A program made the translations under genes and the position numbers. Positions 1-9,012 of a stretch of DNA of 36,337 bases are shown here, one piece after another (within the stretch, counting starts at the first letter, position 1; every line of letters starts with the position of its first letter). Source of the stretch: a virus; IMG/VR virus record IMGVR_UViG_3300031224_000002. One strand, written 5' to 3'. The notes beneath the pieces are model-generated. The model was given only the letters and a program-made list of their open reading frames with translations. It ran no database searches and was not told where the DNA came from.

Positions 1-127
1 TCGCCAGCCGCTTCGCCCGTCAGATCGTCAATTGAAATGTCGCCTGCCGCGCCGACGTAAAGAGCGCGGCACGTGCCGAGTGCTAAATCAGTGGAGTCGT
101 TCGGAGTGACTGCGCGAGTTGCGCCGC
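1..127. repeat. Terminal self-overlap, copy 1 (identical to 36211-36337)
   Basis: Compared base by base: nt 1-127 (tcgccagccgcttcgcccgt...tgcgcgagttgcgccgc) recur exactly at the other contig end. The unit length is 36,210 bp. Confidence 0.97.
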
Positions 128-155
128 TTGAGTGTGTTGATGTTTGGATTGGCAT
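1..155 (-). CDS. 5' part (ATG at 155) of an 86-aa spike-base-like small virion protein. The ORF runs off nt 1 and continues at 36210.
   Basis: Manual translation across the junction gives MPIQTSTHSSGATRAVTPNDSTDLALGTCRALYVGAAGDISIDDLTGEAAGESVVFVGVTAGSILPVQTARVNATGTTATSIVALY*. The pattern (TP.D.TDL ... RALYVG.AGD ... G.ILP ... ATGTTA..IVAL) matches my recollection of the RcGTA rcc01079 head-spike-base family. This is not verified by search. Confidence 0.6.
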   Translation of the reverse strand, partial: MPIQTSTHSSGATRAVTPNDSTDLALGTCRALYVGAAGDISIDDLTGEAAG

Positions 156-156
156 A

Positions 157-181
157 ATGTTGTATTAGGTTATTGGATACG
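157..181 (-). promoter_or_regulatory. 25-nt leader CGTATCCAATAACCTAATACAACAT, copy 1 (identical to 9011-9035)
   Basis: An exact 25-mer is shared immediately upstream of two late-gene start codons (155 and 9012). It contains a GTATCCA half-site. Confidence 0.6.
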
Positions 182-195
182 TTTTGTAAAGATCG

Positions 196-2001
196 TTATG
201 CTTTGAATCCCGTGTTAGTTATAGCCGAGCCACCCGACAGCGTTATATCTGCTGCATCAAAGGCGTGTGTCTGATTGAGTATGCCTTGGATGTAAACTGT
301 CTGTGCCGATGGTGCGTCGATTGAGACGCCACCTGCACCCGTGATGATTCTAGGGTTATGGAGTTGAACGTTGCCCGTAACGGTAGCCCCGTAGGAGATG
401 CCCTTAGACGAGGCTGTGGTGTTTACAAATGCGCAATTGTTGGCGATGAATGTGCCAGACCAGCTTGCAGCAAACTCAACTACGTCTCCACCTGATTCGG
501 TGGATTCGATTCGGGAATTGTTTATGGTTAGCGAGCCTGAGCTAGTTAAGTAGATTGGAGGGAAAGAAGTTCCGTCGTGTGAGTTGTTGGCGTTGTTAAT
601 GGTCTGAGTTCCACCAAGGCATAGAATAAAAGTCCCAGCGTTACCCACCGTTTGTGTTCCACCATTGCATCGAATATAAGTCCCCGCGTTACCTGCTATT
701 TGAGTTCCGTTAGCGCATTCAATTACAGTTCCAGCGTTACCCGCTATTTGAGTTCCGTTAGCGCAATAAATATAAGTCCCAGCGTTACCTGCCGTCTGGG
801 TTCCGCCATCGCATTGAATATAAGAACCAACATCTCCCTTGCAGACCACATTTGCGCTTGCGTTACGGACTCTAAAATTCCCGCCAATATCGCCGTCAAT
901 CGTGAACGTAAATGCTCCTATGACATCAAAGCTTGGGCTAATTGCACCCTGCTCGATTGTCAAGTCCACACCATCTTTACCGCCTAATGCTGACTCTGCC
1001 GAATAGTCACCAGCAAATACGTGTATCGTGTCTCCGCTAGTTGCTGCTGCAAGTGCTGCTGTGCAAGTCAGAAATGGATTACCAAAATCATGAACGTCTA
1101 GTCCTGTCCGAGTGTCGGTTCCGCTCTTCGCTACAAATATCACGTTGGAGTAAATGATTTCTGACAGCACGCCTAAAGCCGTGGCCCAAGTCGCCGAGCT
1201 AAAATTGCCATTGGAATTAGGATTTGCCGCGAACTCGTCAAGCGCGTCCGGCAAGTCTGCCGCCGGAAATGCTGCCGCCGTCATGCCCGAAGAAGCGACG
1301 CGGCAAGGCACGCGTGCCAGCGCATCGCCGTCAACTGATACTTCTAAGATAAAATTGCCATATGGATCGTCTGCGACTGCTTGCGCGAGGCGTGCAGTGT
1401 TTGCGTCCAGCGTGCCGCTAAATCCGCTTGTGATTGTGGTCCATGAGCTAGTGTAGATCGCTGGCTGCCGTCGCACCTCGACGACTTGCTGCGCTCTTGT
1501 CGTGGCTGTGCCTGTGACTGATGCGCTCGGCGTGACTGTCGATTCAGGCGTGAGGTCAACTGAGTTTGCCGTCAACGTGGTTCTAGCCCCGACTGTTCGC
1601 CAAATTAAAGAATATAGCGAATCGCTGATTTTGTAAACATCAACGAGAGCGCCGTCCGGCCCGGTGCCAGCATTTAGCGCGTTTAAGTAGTCCTCGACTG
1701 CGCTGCCGCTTGCTCCATATGGAATCGCGCTCGTGACTGCCGCCCCTGCGTCAGTAATAGTAAACGAGCCGCTTGACGGCTTTGCGCCGGGCTTCGTGAT
1801 CGAGACTTTGACAGACGCCGCCCCTGATCCACTGAGCGAGTCATATGTGCCGTTGCTTTTGACGAGATACAGATTGATGTCTTGCGTCTCGCCTTCGACG
1901 ATTGTCCACATTGGGACGGGTTGCCGTGGTCGAGTTAGGCCCGCGACTACTGCGGTTTCGATGCTTCCTGCGTCGGTGTTAATAAATAGATCGCGGCTCA
2001 T
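196..2001 (-). CDS. Tail fibre/tailspike, beta-helix type
   Basis: A 601-aa ORF with ATG at 2001, located at the distal end of the tail module. It has a GDTIHVFAGDY motif like right-handed beta-helix (pectate-lyase-like) spikes. It also carries five tandem 16-aa C-x-GGTQ-x-GNAGT-x-I repeats. Confidence 0.7.
   Translation of the reverse strand: MSRDLFINTDAGSIETAVVAGLTRPRQPVPMWTIVEGETQDINLYLVKSNGTYDSLSGSGAASVKVSITKPGAKPSSGSFTITDAGAAVTSAIPYGASGSAVEDYLNALNAGTGPDGALVDVYKISDSLYSLIWRTVGARTTLTANSVDLTPESTVTPSASVTGTATTRAQQVVEVRRQPAIYTSSWTTITSGFSGTLDANTARLAQAVADDPYGNFILEVSVDGDALARVPCRVASSGMTAAAFPAADLPDALDEFAANPNSNGNFSSATWATALGVLSEIIYSNVIFVAKSGTDTRTGLDVHDFGNPFLTCTAALAAATSGDTIHVFAGDYSAESALGGKDGVDLTIEQGAISPSFDVIGAFTFTIDGDIGGNFRVRNASANVVCKGDVGSYIQCDGGTQTAGNAGTYIYCANGTQIAGNAGTVIECANGTQIAGNAGTYIRCNGGTQTVGNAGTFILCLGGTQTINNANNSHDGTSFPPIYLTSSGSLTINNSRIESTESGGDVVEFAASWSGTFIANNCAFVNTTASSKGISYGATVTGNVQLHNPRIITGAGGVSIDAPSAQTVYIQGILNQTHAFDAADITLSGGSAITNTGFKA
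583..822 (-). repeat. Five tandem 48-bp (16-aa) repeats inside the fibre gene
   Basis: Protein units: YIQCDGGTQTAGNAGT / YIYCANGTQIAGNAGT / VIECANGTQIAGNAGT / YIRCNGGTQTVGNAGT / FILCLGGTQTINNANN. The DNA units are visibly repeated (gttacc.gc...tgagttcc). Confidence 0.9.
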
Positions 2002-2047
2002 TTGTATTCAGATTGTTGATACGTTGCTCAGATTGTCAATTTGATAG
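2002..2047 (-). promoter_or_regulatory. Promoter-like spacer upstream of the fibre gene
   Basis: Minus-sense sequence: aaaTTGACAatctgagcAACGTATCAAcAATCTGAATACAAATG. TTGACA is at 2039-2034. The 14-mer AATCTGAATACAAA (2014-2001) is repeated at 7317-7304. Confidence 0.35.
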
Positions 2048-3007
2048 TTAGAGCGGCAGGCCCGTCGTGGCGCTATACATTGGCGTGCCGTCTTCTTTGG
2101 CGTAAGGCCACCATGCAACCGGTTGCATGGTGAAGTCGGTGATACTCGTTGCAATAGGGGACAAATAGAGTTTGCAACTCAGCGAACTGCCACCCGCCAG
2201 TTTAATTATTAAGTCGGCCAGATAAGTGAGACTGCCCGCCGCAAGTGTATTTGCGAAATCTCCAGTTAAACCATCGTCAGCAAAAAGCTCAAAGCGAAGA
2301 TTCAACCAAAGCTCGCCTGCTGCGTCGGTTGGCGACGATCCAGTAAATGCGACTTGTAGATTAGATTCACAGACTGCTTCAATTTCATCGCCTGTCGTGC
2401 CATTGACCAAAGATTTAATTCCGAACTTCGGCGCTGCTGAATATCCACCGGTCGTGTTCTGGTAAAAGCTAAGTCCGAAAGGAAGAGAAGTTGCAGCAGG
2501 ATTGAGATCGCCACCATTACGAGGCATCGGAGTCCCTAGCCACATTGCTTCTTCAGAAATGAAATCTCGATAGTCGATATCAGTCACTCCCGCGACATTA
2601 ACTGTGTATTCTGTGTCGAGAGATGCGCGATCAATGTCTTCATCATTTGCGCAGACGAGGAAAGTTCTTTCAGAAAAATCGAAGTCACTTGATTCATTGA
2701 TGCTCGACGCGAGCTTTGTCGGTGGCGCTGCTGTGATCGCGCTGATGACTCGATCCGTGCTTCCGTCGATTGCGGCAGTGAATCCACCACCATCAAAGCG
2801 AAAGTCACGAATTTGATAAACGATTTGATGCAGCTCTTCGAGCGTGACTTGCAAAGGATAAGCAGTTCCATCTCCACATTCAACTTGACCTGTCACCGGA
2901 GTCGTCTTCACGCCTTTGATGTATTTGACCTTTGGCTCGTTGAGCGAGACAGCGAATCCGTTTTTAATGACGGCCCCTTTGCGCTTAAAATGTATGCGCT
3001 CTCCCAT
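2048..3007 (-). CDS. Tail-tip region structural protein (function unassigned)
   Basis: A 319-aa ORF. Its ATG at 3007 overlaps the upstream stop (TAATG). It sits between the tape measure and fibre genes. Confidence 0.6.
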   Translation of the reverse strand: MGERIHFKRKGAVIKNGFAVSLNEPKVKYIKGVKTTPVTGQVECGDGTAYPLQVTLEELHQIVYQIRDFRFDGGGFTAAIDGSTDRVISAITAAPPTKLASSINESSDFDFSERTFLVCANDEDIDRASLDTEYTVNVAGVTDIDYRDFISEEAMWLGTPMPRNGGDLNPAATSLPFGLSFYQNTTGGYSAAPKFGIKSLVNGTTGDEIEAVCESNLQVAFTGSSPTDAAGELWLNLRFELFADDGLTGDFANTLAAGSLTYLADLIIKLAGGSSLSCKLYLSPIATSITDFTMQPVAWWPYAKEDGTPMYSATTGLPL

Positions 3008-3603
3008 TATGCCGACCCTCCTGCGAAGATTGGGGCGTAGTAAAACTGTCCAGAAGTGAACGCTTCAACTAGCTCGGCGTTTCCTGATCGGTGTTGGAGA
3101 AGAACGCCGCCGCTGACTTCTGCTATGAGGGTTCTGTGAAATTCAACGTATGTGCTGCCGCTATCAAACGTAATCTCGTTTTGCGAAGAACTTGTGACTT
3201 CGAGCGTAAATGGAGTCGTCGCGTCGAGAACTCCTGCGCTCGACTGTTTGAGTTTTATATATGCGTAAGAGCCTGAAGTCGAGCCAAGTGCTGATACCGC
3301 TGTCGCGGCATTCGCTATAACATAGCGGCCTGCTGAAATGGCGATGCTTCCAGCGTCGAGCGTCCCGGTAAACGGCAAAACGCTTGGAGTCCCTGTGGCT
3401 ACTGCGGATGGATCGGAATTTAATTTTAGAATTGACGACTTCTCCCCGACTTCGAGCAGCTCAGCTGTGCCGGCTTCGCCGTCCGAGTTAGCTTCGACAC
3501 GAGCTATTGTCTGATTAGAGAGCGCGTTTACGCGGGCGATGAGTTCGGCGATGCTTTTACGCATCGAGCGCCAGCCGCGTGATAAGTCTTTGATGTTTTG
3601 CAT
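3007..3603 (-). CDS. Tail-module structural protein (function unassigned)
   Basis: A 198-aa ORF, coupled by TAATG overlaps at both ends. It is Ala/Ser/Thr/Gly-rich with an N-terminal helical segment, like a fibre or connector protein. Confidence 0.6.
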   Translation of the reverse strand: MQNIKDLSRGWRSMRKSIAELIARVNALSNQTIARVEANSDGEAGTAELLEVGEKSSILKLNSDPSAVATGTPSVLPFTGTLDAGSIAISAGRYVIANAATAVSALGSTSGSYAYIKLKQSSAGVLDATTPFTLEVTSSSQNEITFDSGSTYVEFHRTLIAEVSGGVLLQHRSGNAELVEAFTSGQFYYAPIFAGGSA

Positions 3604-4238
3604 TATCTAGCTTGTATCTCGTATTTTTGCACCTCGAATATGTTGCCCATATATCTGAGTGGTGTGTTGCGAATGACGAGCCAATCTTTCGCCGTGATGC
3701 TTGCAGTGTATTCGGCGAAGGTTGGCGAAGTATCTTCGCCTCGCACGTAAGGCACGACTTTGCTGGCACCAGTCACTTGGAATATTGCGCTGAAGGTAAA
3801 CGTCTGTCCGACTTGATATGTATGCGTGACGCGCACCGGCGACTGCTCGGCTGTCGGCGGTCGCTGTATGACATAACTGTTGTTGATGAGTCCGGGGAAT
3901 TCTTTGATTTCGGAGCCGACAACTTCCGTCCATGTGCCGGGGACAGTCGCAAACTTTCGAGTAAATTCGACGATCCCGCCGTCAGAATATGAGTGGCCAA
4001 AGTCGCCAACAAAAAACGCGTTTGCGTTTGCCGTGAATGGCAATGCTATGACGCCTGCTGCTGCTGCGGTTGTCATTGCTGTGCCGATTGTGACTGCCGT
4101 ATAAGCGGAGACGTTCACCTTGCAATTCATGCAGTAAACTTTCGCCGTAGGAACGCCCTCCTCTATGAACGGGTATTCGATCCAGCTCTCTTCTGCGCGA
4201 GCCGTATTAAAGGCGGTTACGTTGTATGGAATGCTCAT
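3603..4238 (-). CDS. Protein in the distal-tail-protein position
   Basis: A 211-aa ORF starting 3 nt after the tape measure stop. The call rests on synteny only. Confidence 0.55.
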   Translation of the reverse strand: MSIPYNVTAFNTARAEESWIEYPFIEEGVPTAKVYCMNCKVNVSAYTAVTIGTAMTTAAAAGVIALPFTANANAFFVGDFGHSYSDGGIVEFTRKFATVPGTWTEVVGSEIKEFPGLINNSYVIQRPPTAEQSPVRVTHTYQVGQTFTFSAIFQVTGASKVVPYVRGEDTSPTFAEYTASITAKDWLVIRNTPLRYMGNIFEVQKYEIQAR

Positions 4239-4241
4239 CCT

Positions 4242-6077
4242 TTAAGTTCCTTTTAGCTCCTTTTCGATTGATTTTAATATATTCGTGTGACGTTCAAGTT
4301 CTTTGTCTTTTTCGGACCTCTCGGCTTCCGGGCCGCCGCGAAGCCCGGACTGTAATTGTTCTTCGGTAAAGTTGCCTACTCTCCACCCGTCTTTGTATTT
4401 ATTAAAAGTGCCATCTGCGTTGCGGGCGAATCGCATATCTTTTCCGAGAGACTTTGCGTAGGCGTTTGCAGCGCGTCGTAAATCCGCCCCTGTTAGTTCT
4501 CCGAGTTTCGTAGCCACCGAACTGTAGTTTCCGCCGCCATCACCGCCGCCATCGCCGCCGCCAGTTGATCCACCGCCGGTTGATCCGCCACCTCCTGATA
4601 ACTCAGCTTTGATCTGTTTGTTTGCTATGATGATCGCCTCGCGCTTGGTCGCGCCAGTTTCATTCATTATTTCGAGTATGCGCTCGGCTAGTTTTATTCG
4701 ATTTCTTAGTGCCTCAGCCAATGCGTCTTCCCCTCGCGTCTCCGCTTTGAGCGCGGCAAGCTTCATGTCCATCAGCTTTTTTTGCCACTCTAGATCGCCG
4801 CCATCGCCGCCGCCAGTTGATTCTTTCTCAGCTCTATTAATATTTTTTACTAAATTTACCGCTTTTAGGAGGGAAATTTCGTATTTGTTTGAAATCTCAA
4901 TTGCTTTTTTCATCGACTCAATTTTCGATTCAAGTTCTTCTGCTGCTGCTTTTTCTCCCTTCGCCCGAAGCTGTAACGCTTCAAGCTCTTTGCTGTTTAT
5001 GAATCGCTCGCGTTCAATGTCTATCGCATCTTTAACCTTTTTGTAGTATTCTTTTATTTGATCCTCTAGAGATTTAATGGCAGTCTCTTGATCATTGATT
5101 GATCCTGTCGTTTTATCAATTGCTTCAGTGACCGGCTTTTGTGCATCCGCAACGCCTTCAGCTGCTTTTTCCTTCTCTGCTAGCATTCGTTTTTCTTTAG
5201 CTATTATTACATCCTGCTCTCTTACAAATTTATCGGTGTGTTTATTGATGGCTCCTTTCCATTTATCGAACCATGAATCTGGAATGACAGGGCTAAAGGC
5301 AAGGAGCTCAACTGTCACGTTAGCCATAAATTGAGCCAGCCGAAGCCCTATTTTTTTTAGTTTTGCCTCTAGCCCAATACCGCTAATCAGGTCAGCTACG
5401 TAGATCGTAGACTTATTCTTGAACCGCTCAATCGTGTCAGAAGCTTTGTCTAGCGCCTTCTGAGTTTGCTCATCCATCACGCCATAAGCCTTTTTAATAT
5501 CTTCAGCCATTTTGCCGTAGCCATCTTTGTCGAGTCGCTTGAATACTTCGATCAGGCGCGGTGCGTTACGCTGTCCGAAGATTTCAATTGCTGCCGTCAG
5601 AGCGCCTTGCTTATCCTTTGCTCCAGCAATCGCTCGACCAATAGTCTCAAACTGTTCCTCGGGCTTCATTGCTCTAAGGTCTTCAACATTAAGGCCAAGT
5701 CGCTCAAAAGCTCGCACGTATGTAGTCAGCCCCTCAGAGCCTTGGACTACGGCTTTTTGCATTACAAGGATGGCTTTCTCCATGCTCTTTGCCTCGCCGC
5801 CAGCATCAAGTAAAGCGCCTCGAAAGACTTGAAATTCCTCCGTCGCGAAGCCTGTCGAAATCGCAATATCCGACAACTCAGAACCGAGCTTGATCGCGCT
5901 TCGCGAAAGCATAACGAATCCTGCCGCCGCCGAGGTAAGCCCGATCTTCGTGAGTTTGTTTGCAACGCCGACGACGCCCTTGCCAAATCGACTGAGCGAC
6001 TTTTTCGAGCGTTGCATACCGCGCTCGAAGCCCGACGAGTCGAGTCCGAGCCTTGCGTTAATATCAGCTTTGGCCAT
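4242..6077 (-). CDS. Tail tape measure protein
   Basis: A 611-aa ORF. The N-terminal region (..FGKGVVGVANKLTKIGLTSAAAGFVML.. / ..AIEIFGQRNAPRLIEVF..) resembles the conserved tape-measure core. It also has a long coiled-coil-like K/E-rich centre and Gly-rich STGGGSTGGGDGGGDGGG tracts. Confidence 0.85.
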   Translation of the reverse strand: MAKADINARLGLDSSGFERGMQRSKKSLSRFGKGVVGVANKLTKIGLTSAAAGFVMLSRSAIKLGSELSDIAISTGFATEEFQVFRGALLDAGGEAKSMEKAILVMQKAVVQGSEGLTTYVRAFERLGLNVEDLRAMKPEEQFETIGRAIAGAKDKQGALTAAIEIFGQRNAPRLIEVFKRLDKDGYGKMAEDIKKAYGVMDEQTQKALDKASDTIERFKNKSTIYVADLISGIGLEAKLKKIGLRLAQFMANVTVELLAFSPVIPDSWFDKWKGAINKHTDKFVREQDVIIAKEKRMLAEKEKAAEGVADAQKPVTEAIDKTTGSINDQETAIKSLEDQIKEYYKKVKDAIDIERERFINSKELEALQLRAKGEKAAAEELESKIESMKKAIEISNKYEISLLKAVNLVKNINRAEKESTGGGDGGDLEWQKKLMDMKLAALKAETRGEDALAEALRNRIKLAERILEIMNETGATKREAIIIANKQIKAELSGGGGSTGGGSTGGGDGGGDGGGNYSSVATKLGELTGADLRRAANAYAKSLGKDMRFARNADGTFNKYKDGWRVGNFTEEQLQSGLRGGPEAERSEKDKELERHTNILKSIEKELKGT

Positions 6078-6687
6078 TGTTGTTGAGTTGGATTAAGATT
6101 TCACGTTTGATTGAGCGGACGGATTCCGGCTCAAGGGTTTTGTATTCTGGCAACGTCGCGATGCGGATCGCAGTCTGCAGTTGTAGAATCTGGCAGAGCG
6201 GCCAATCGAGAACGCTTTGCGGTGCTTGCCCGTATCGGTGCGCCACTTCGTCAATCGCGCTCACGATTCCCTCGGTCGCCGGAAACTTGTTTGATCGCGA
6301 GACGCCAGAGCCGCCAGTCGATTGCTCAATTGCTAGAGTCTCAAATGCGGCGTTTAAATGCTCTGTGGCGTCGCCATATACTTCAAGCGCGTCCTTAGAC
6401 TCGACTGCTTTCTTAATCGCTTCCTTACGTTGTTTTACGTCGCCACCGATTAAATACTCGGTTGAGTTGCGCCAAATGTAATTTAGCAAGTCATTTACTG
6501 TCAAATCGTCGCCAGTAAAGAGCGCGTTCTTCGCAAGTCGCAAGTCGATCCATGCGCGTGCCGTCAATGGCTTGACTGCGACGCCTGCGATCTCGTCAGC
6601 GTGGCCGACGCTCGACCAAGCAACAAGTCGCGCCTGCGTGATGCGGGCTTTTTCTTCGGCAAGTTGCTGTGCTAGTTCGTCAATCAT
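6064..6687 (-). CDS. Protein in the tail assembly chaperone position
   Basis: A 207-aa ORF between the tail tube candidate and the tape measure, overlapping the tape measure start by 14 nt. I saw no slippery frameshift site. Confidence 0.5.
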   Translation of the reverse strand: MIDELAQQLAEEKARITQARLVAWSSVGHADEIAGVAVKPLTARAWIDLRLAKNALFTGDDLTVNDLLNYIWRNSTEYLIGGDVKQRKEAIKKAVESKDALEVYGDATEHLNAAFETLAIEQSTGGSGVSRSNKFPATEGIVSAIDEVAHRYGQAPQSVLDWPLCQILQLQTAIRIATLPEYKTLEPESVRSIKREILIQLNNNGQS

Positions 6688-6694
6688 TTTGGAT

Positions 6695-6724
6695 AAAAAA
6701 GCCCCGCCCGCACGTGGGCAGGCG
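6695..6724 (-). terminator. Intrinsic terminator candidate
   Basis: Minus-sense sequence: CCUGCCC-acgugc-GGGCGGG(G)C followed by UUUUUU. It lies just after the tube gene and a small ORF, and before the chaperone and tape measure genes. Confidence 0.6.
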
Positions 6725-6751
6725 AGGCTAAACTATGAACCATGAAAAAAA

Positions 6752-6898
6752 TTACTTATCGGCCTTTGGCTTGGTTAGTTTCTCAGCTGCGCCGCGCTCG
6801 ATGAGCCATTCGGCTACGCCGTCAGAAACTTCGACGATATCGCCTTTTTTACAAGGCTCGCCAGCGATGAACTTTGCGCATGTCAGTTTGATTTTCAT
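6752..6898 (-). CDS. Small ORF (48 aa), unknown function
   Basis: Manual translation: MKIKLTCAKFIAGEPCKKGDIVEVSDGVAEWLIERGAAEKLTKPKADK*. It is below the ORF-track cutoff, fills the gap after the tube gene, and is followed by a terminator. Confidence 0.4.
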   Translation of the reverse strand: MKIKLTCAKFIAGEPCKKGDIVEVSDGVAEWLIERGAAEKLTKPKADK

Positions 6899-6902
6899 AT
6901 AA

Positions 6903-7277
6903 TTAGGCTTGGTAAGATACTAAGATCGCGGTCATCTCGAACGTGTCGAATTCGTCTTTGTCGCGAGCTACGGTCACGTCCTTGACAACGAGCGTCGAAG
7001 CTGTGCCGCTGCGGTCGTAGTCGTGAGTGAACTCAGTGCCTACGGGCGGAAGAACGGTCGCAGCCAAAGCGCGTTGCAACGTGTAGCTGACCTCGATTTG
7101 ATCCGAGCCAGCGCGAAGCATGAAGTCAGCGCGGTCGCCATTGGCGTCGGTGCGACTAATTATGCGGTTTTCTTTCGATGCCCCAGATACGGAGTCTGCG
7201 ATGTAAGCGATAGCGTCGATAGTTACGGTTTCAAGCCCTTGACCGAGGCTTGCGGTTGTTGAATATGGAACTGACAT
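6903..7277 (-). CDS. Major tail (tube) protein candidate
   Basis: A 124-aa ORF upstream of the chaperone and tape measure genes, followed downstream by a terminator. It has a G-poor CCAATAACC leader like other high-expression late genes. The call rests on position and size only. Confidence 0.5.
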   Translation of the reverse strand: MSVPYSTTASLGQGLETVTIDAIAYIADSVSGASKENRIISRTDANGDRADFMLRAGSDQIEVSYTLQRALAATVLPPVGTEFTHDYDRSGTASTLVVKDVTVARDKDEFDTFEMTAILVSYQA

Positions 7278-7321
7278 GATTTGAGTTGGTTATTGGTTTG
7301 AGGTTTGTATTCAGATTACAA

Positions 7322-7831
7322 CTACACCCAGGCAGTTGGCAAGATTGAAAATTGAGAGTCAAAGGTCAGCGTCGTCTCGTCGTAGATGCCATCTACTGAA
7401 TGACTTGTGCCGCTTGGCCTAAAAAACTGGATCGCGTAGTATTCGAGATACGTTTCGAGCGCCGAGCCTTTCGCTTGCGATAAGCTCACGACTTGGCGAA
7501 CAAGAGCGACAAGCTCCTGGTGTCTCGATCTTAGCCCCTCTGAAATATCGCCTCCATCATCAAAGCGTTTTGTGCGAACGATGAACTCGAACTCTGCCGC
7601 GTATTGATCGTATTCAGGTTTGTCTCCGCCTGCAGGTGATGGATTGTAGTGGCCAGTCACTGCGCCTGTCGTCATTGTGACGCCCGTATAATCATCAGGG
7701 AGCGTCTCAAACTGAATCGACTGCTCGCACTCGACGAGGTTCTCAGCGAGCCAGAGACGCAGAGCGCCTTCGATGTTTCCTTCAAAGTTGTAAAGTTCGG
7801 CTAGGCTCGCGGCTGGCATATCTGTATCCAT
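7322..7831 (-). CDS. Neck/tail-terminator-position protein
   Basis: The start listed in the ORF track (7855) is a TTG that lies inside a TTGACA hexamer. The first ATG codons are at 7831 and 7819. The function call rests on synteny only. Confidence 0.5.
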   Translation of the reverse strand: MDTDMPAASLAELYNFEGNIEGALRLWLAENLVECEQSIQFETLPDDYTGVTMTTGAVTGHYNPSPAGGDKPEYDQYAAEFEFIVRTKRFDDGGDISEGLRSRHQELVALVRQVVSLSQAKGSALETYLEYYAIQFFRPSGTSHSVDGIYDETTLTFDSQFSILPTAWV

Positions 7832-7855
7832 AAAATGGATACGCTGATTTGTCAA
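7824..7855 (-). promoter_or_regulatory. TTGACA plus GTATCCA-N5-TGGATAC inverted repeat
   Basis: Minus-sense sequence: TTGACAaatcagcGTATCCAttttaTGGATACagatATG. The 7-bp arms are perfect (plus strand 7824-7830 and 7836-7842). Confidence 0.5.
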
Positions 7856-7859
7856 TTCA

Positions 7860-8696
7860 TTATCGAAGCCCAGCTTTACGCGCCGCTTCTGGAGTGAGCT
7901 TCTTCAGTCGCTTCTCCATCAATATCAACCGATTTCGCTTAATCATCGGCAGTAGACGCTGCGCCGACTGTAATCCCGCCGAACTAGCCTTCATTACTGC
8001 ATACCAGGAGCCATTTAGCTTTGCCATTCGACCAGAGCCGCGAGCCGTTCCTCGGTGATTTTTCACCCACTTCGGCACGTTCTTAATTCGCTTCGGATCA
8101 ATCGCTGATGCGGCTTTCGCTGGCGCGGCTTTCGCCATGCCGACGCGATCAGATAGCCGAATAAATACTGAGTCCCAAATCTCTTTCGTTATCCACATTA
8201 CCTTTCGAGACTTCCATCGCCCTATGTCCTTAGAGTTGCCGCCTTTCATTTTTCCTTGCACTCGCCCATCTGATCGGCGCATAGATTCGTGGAAGTCCAG
8301 CGCTTCGCCCACTGAGTCGTAGTTTATGTAATCAACATCCACTAAGTAAGGCACTCCCGCTTTAGTTCTAAGCGTTCGGTTGATATTTCGCTTTGATTTG
8401 GTGACTTTATGTAAAAACTCTAGATAGCCGCGCTCACGGATTCTGAAAATGATTCCCATGTCTGCGATTATCGCGTTTCTACCTGCATCCTTGTCTGCCT
8501 TCGTGCCCATCGTAGCTCGTCCGAATGTCGGAAGTTTGCCCTTTGAGTATGGCGGCGTGAACTTTGCTACGTCGCGCATAAAGAATCCGCCCTGCTCCCG
8601 GACAAACTCCTTTTCGTCAATGTTCATGCGCTTGGCGAGATCGCGAATCTTCTTTTTAAAGATCGCGTCGTCCATCGTGATCATTTTCTTAGCCAT
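7860..8696 (-). CDS. Basic head-completion/neck-position protein
   Basis: A 278-aa Lys/Arg-rich ORF between the adaptor-position gene and the tail genes. Its start overlaps the upstream gene by 8 nt. Confidence 0.5.
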   Translation of the reverse strand: MAKKMITMDDAIFKKKIRDLAKRMNIDEKEFVREQGGFFMRDVAKFTPPYSKGKLPTFGRATMGTKADKDAGRNAIIADMGIIFRIRERGYLEFLHKVTKSKRNINRTLRTKAGVPYLVDVDYINYDSVGEALDFHESMRRSDGRVQGKMKGGNSKDIGRWKSRKVMWITKEIWDSVFIRLSDRVGMAKAAPAKAASAIDPKRIKNVPKWVKNHRGTARGSGRMAKLNGSWYAVMKASSAGLQSAQRLLPMIKRNRLILMEKRLKKLTPEAARKAGLR

Positions 8697-9012
8697 CGCG
8701 CTTAGTTTCGTTCTGCGCCGTCAATTCGACGTTGCCTGTTGACATATTGACTTCAGTAATGATGAAAATTTCGCTGGTATTGATTCGCGTTAGTCGCTGT
8801 GTCTTCTTCGGCGTGACGCTTAGTGCAAGATCCGGAATGACGAGCTTGACTGTCGGTTCAGAACGCTCGCCGTGCTCGGTCAAGTCCCAAGGGTTAATCT
8901 GCTCGTAAAAGATCGCGTTGACGGTCTGACCGCTTGCGAGCTGGATAGGCTCGCCCATGATGTCGGCTGCTTCGCTGTTCGCGTTTTCGAGGAAGGTTTC
9001 AAAGTTGCTCAT
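8689..9012 (-). CDS. Head-tail adaptor-position protein
   Basis: A 107-aa ORF and the first gene after the post-capsid terminator. It is preceded by the 25-nt shared leader. Confidence 0.5.
   Translation of the reverse strand: MSNFETFLENANSEAADIMGEPIQLASGQTVNAIFYEQINPWDLTEHGERSEPTVKLVIPDLALSVTPKKTQRLTRINTSEIFIITEVNMSTGNVELTAQNETKRDG

Noticed and set aside
1-127. The 127-bp terminal repeat as a biological direct terminal repeat of the virion DNA.
   Set aside because: An exact, short, k-mer-sized overlap at contig ends is the usual signature of assembling a circular or permuted template, and a gene is only intact when the ends are merged. I cannot exclude true terminal redundancy without read data.
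652-987. A plus-strand 111-aa ORF with its own internal repeats (..RVTCYLSSVSA.N.S..).
   Set aside because: The repeats are just the antisense reading of the 48-bp fibre repeats on the minus strand, and it sits inside a well-supported 601-aa gene.
7832-7855. TTG and GTG starts given by the ORF track for several genes (7855, 13131, 13495, 15857, 17603, 18555, 27334, 32509, 33005).
   Set aside because: In each case the non-ATG start falls inside an upstream gene, a TTGACA hexamer or an operator repeat. A downstream ATG with better context (coupled overlap, SD or shared leader) is available.
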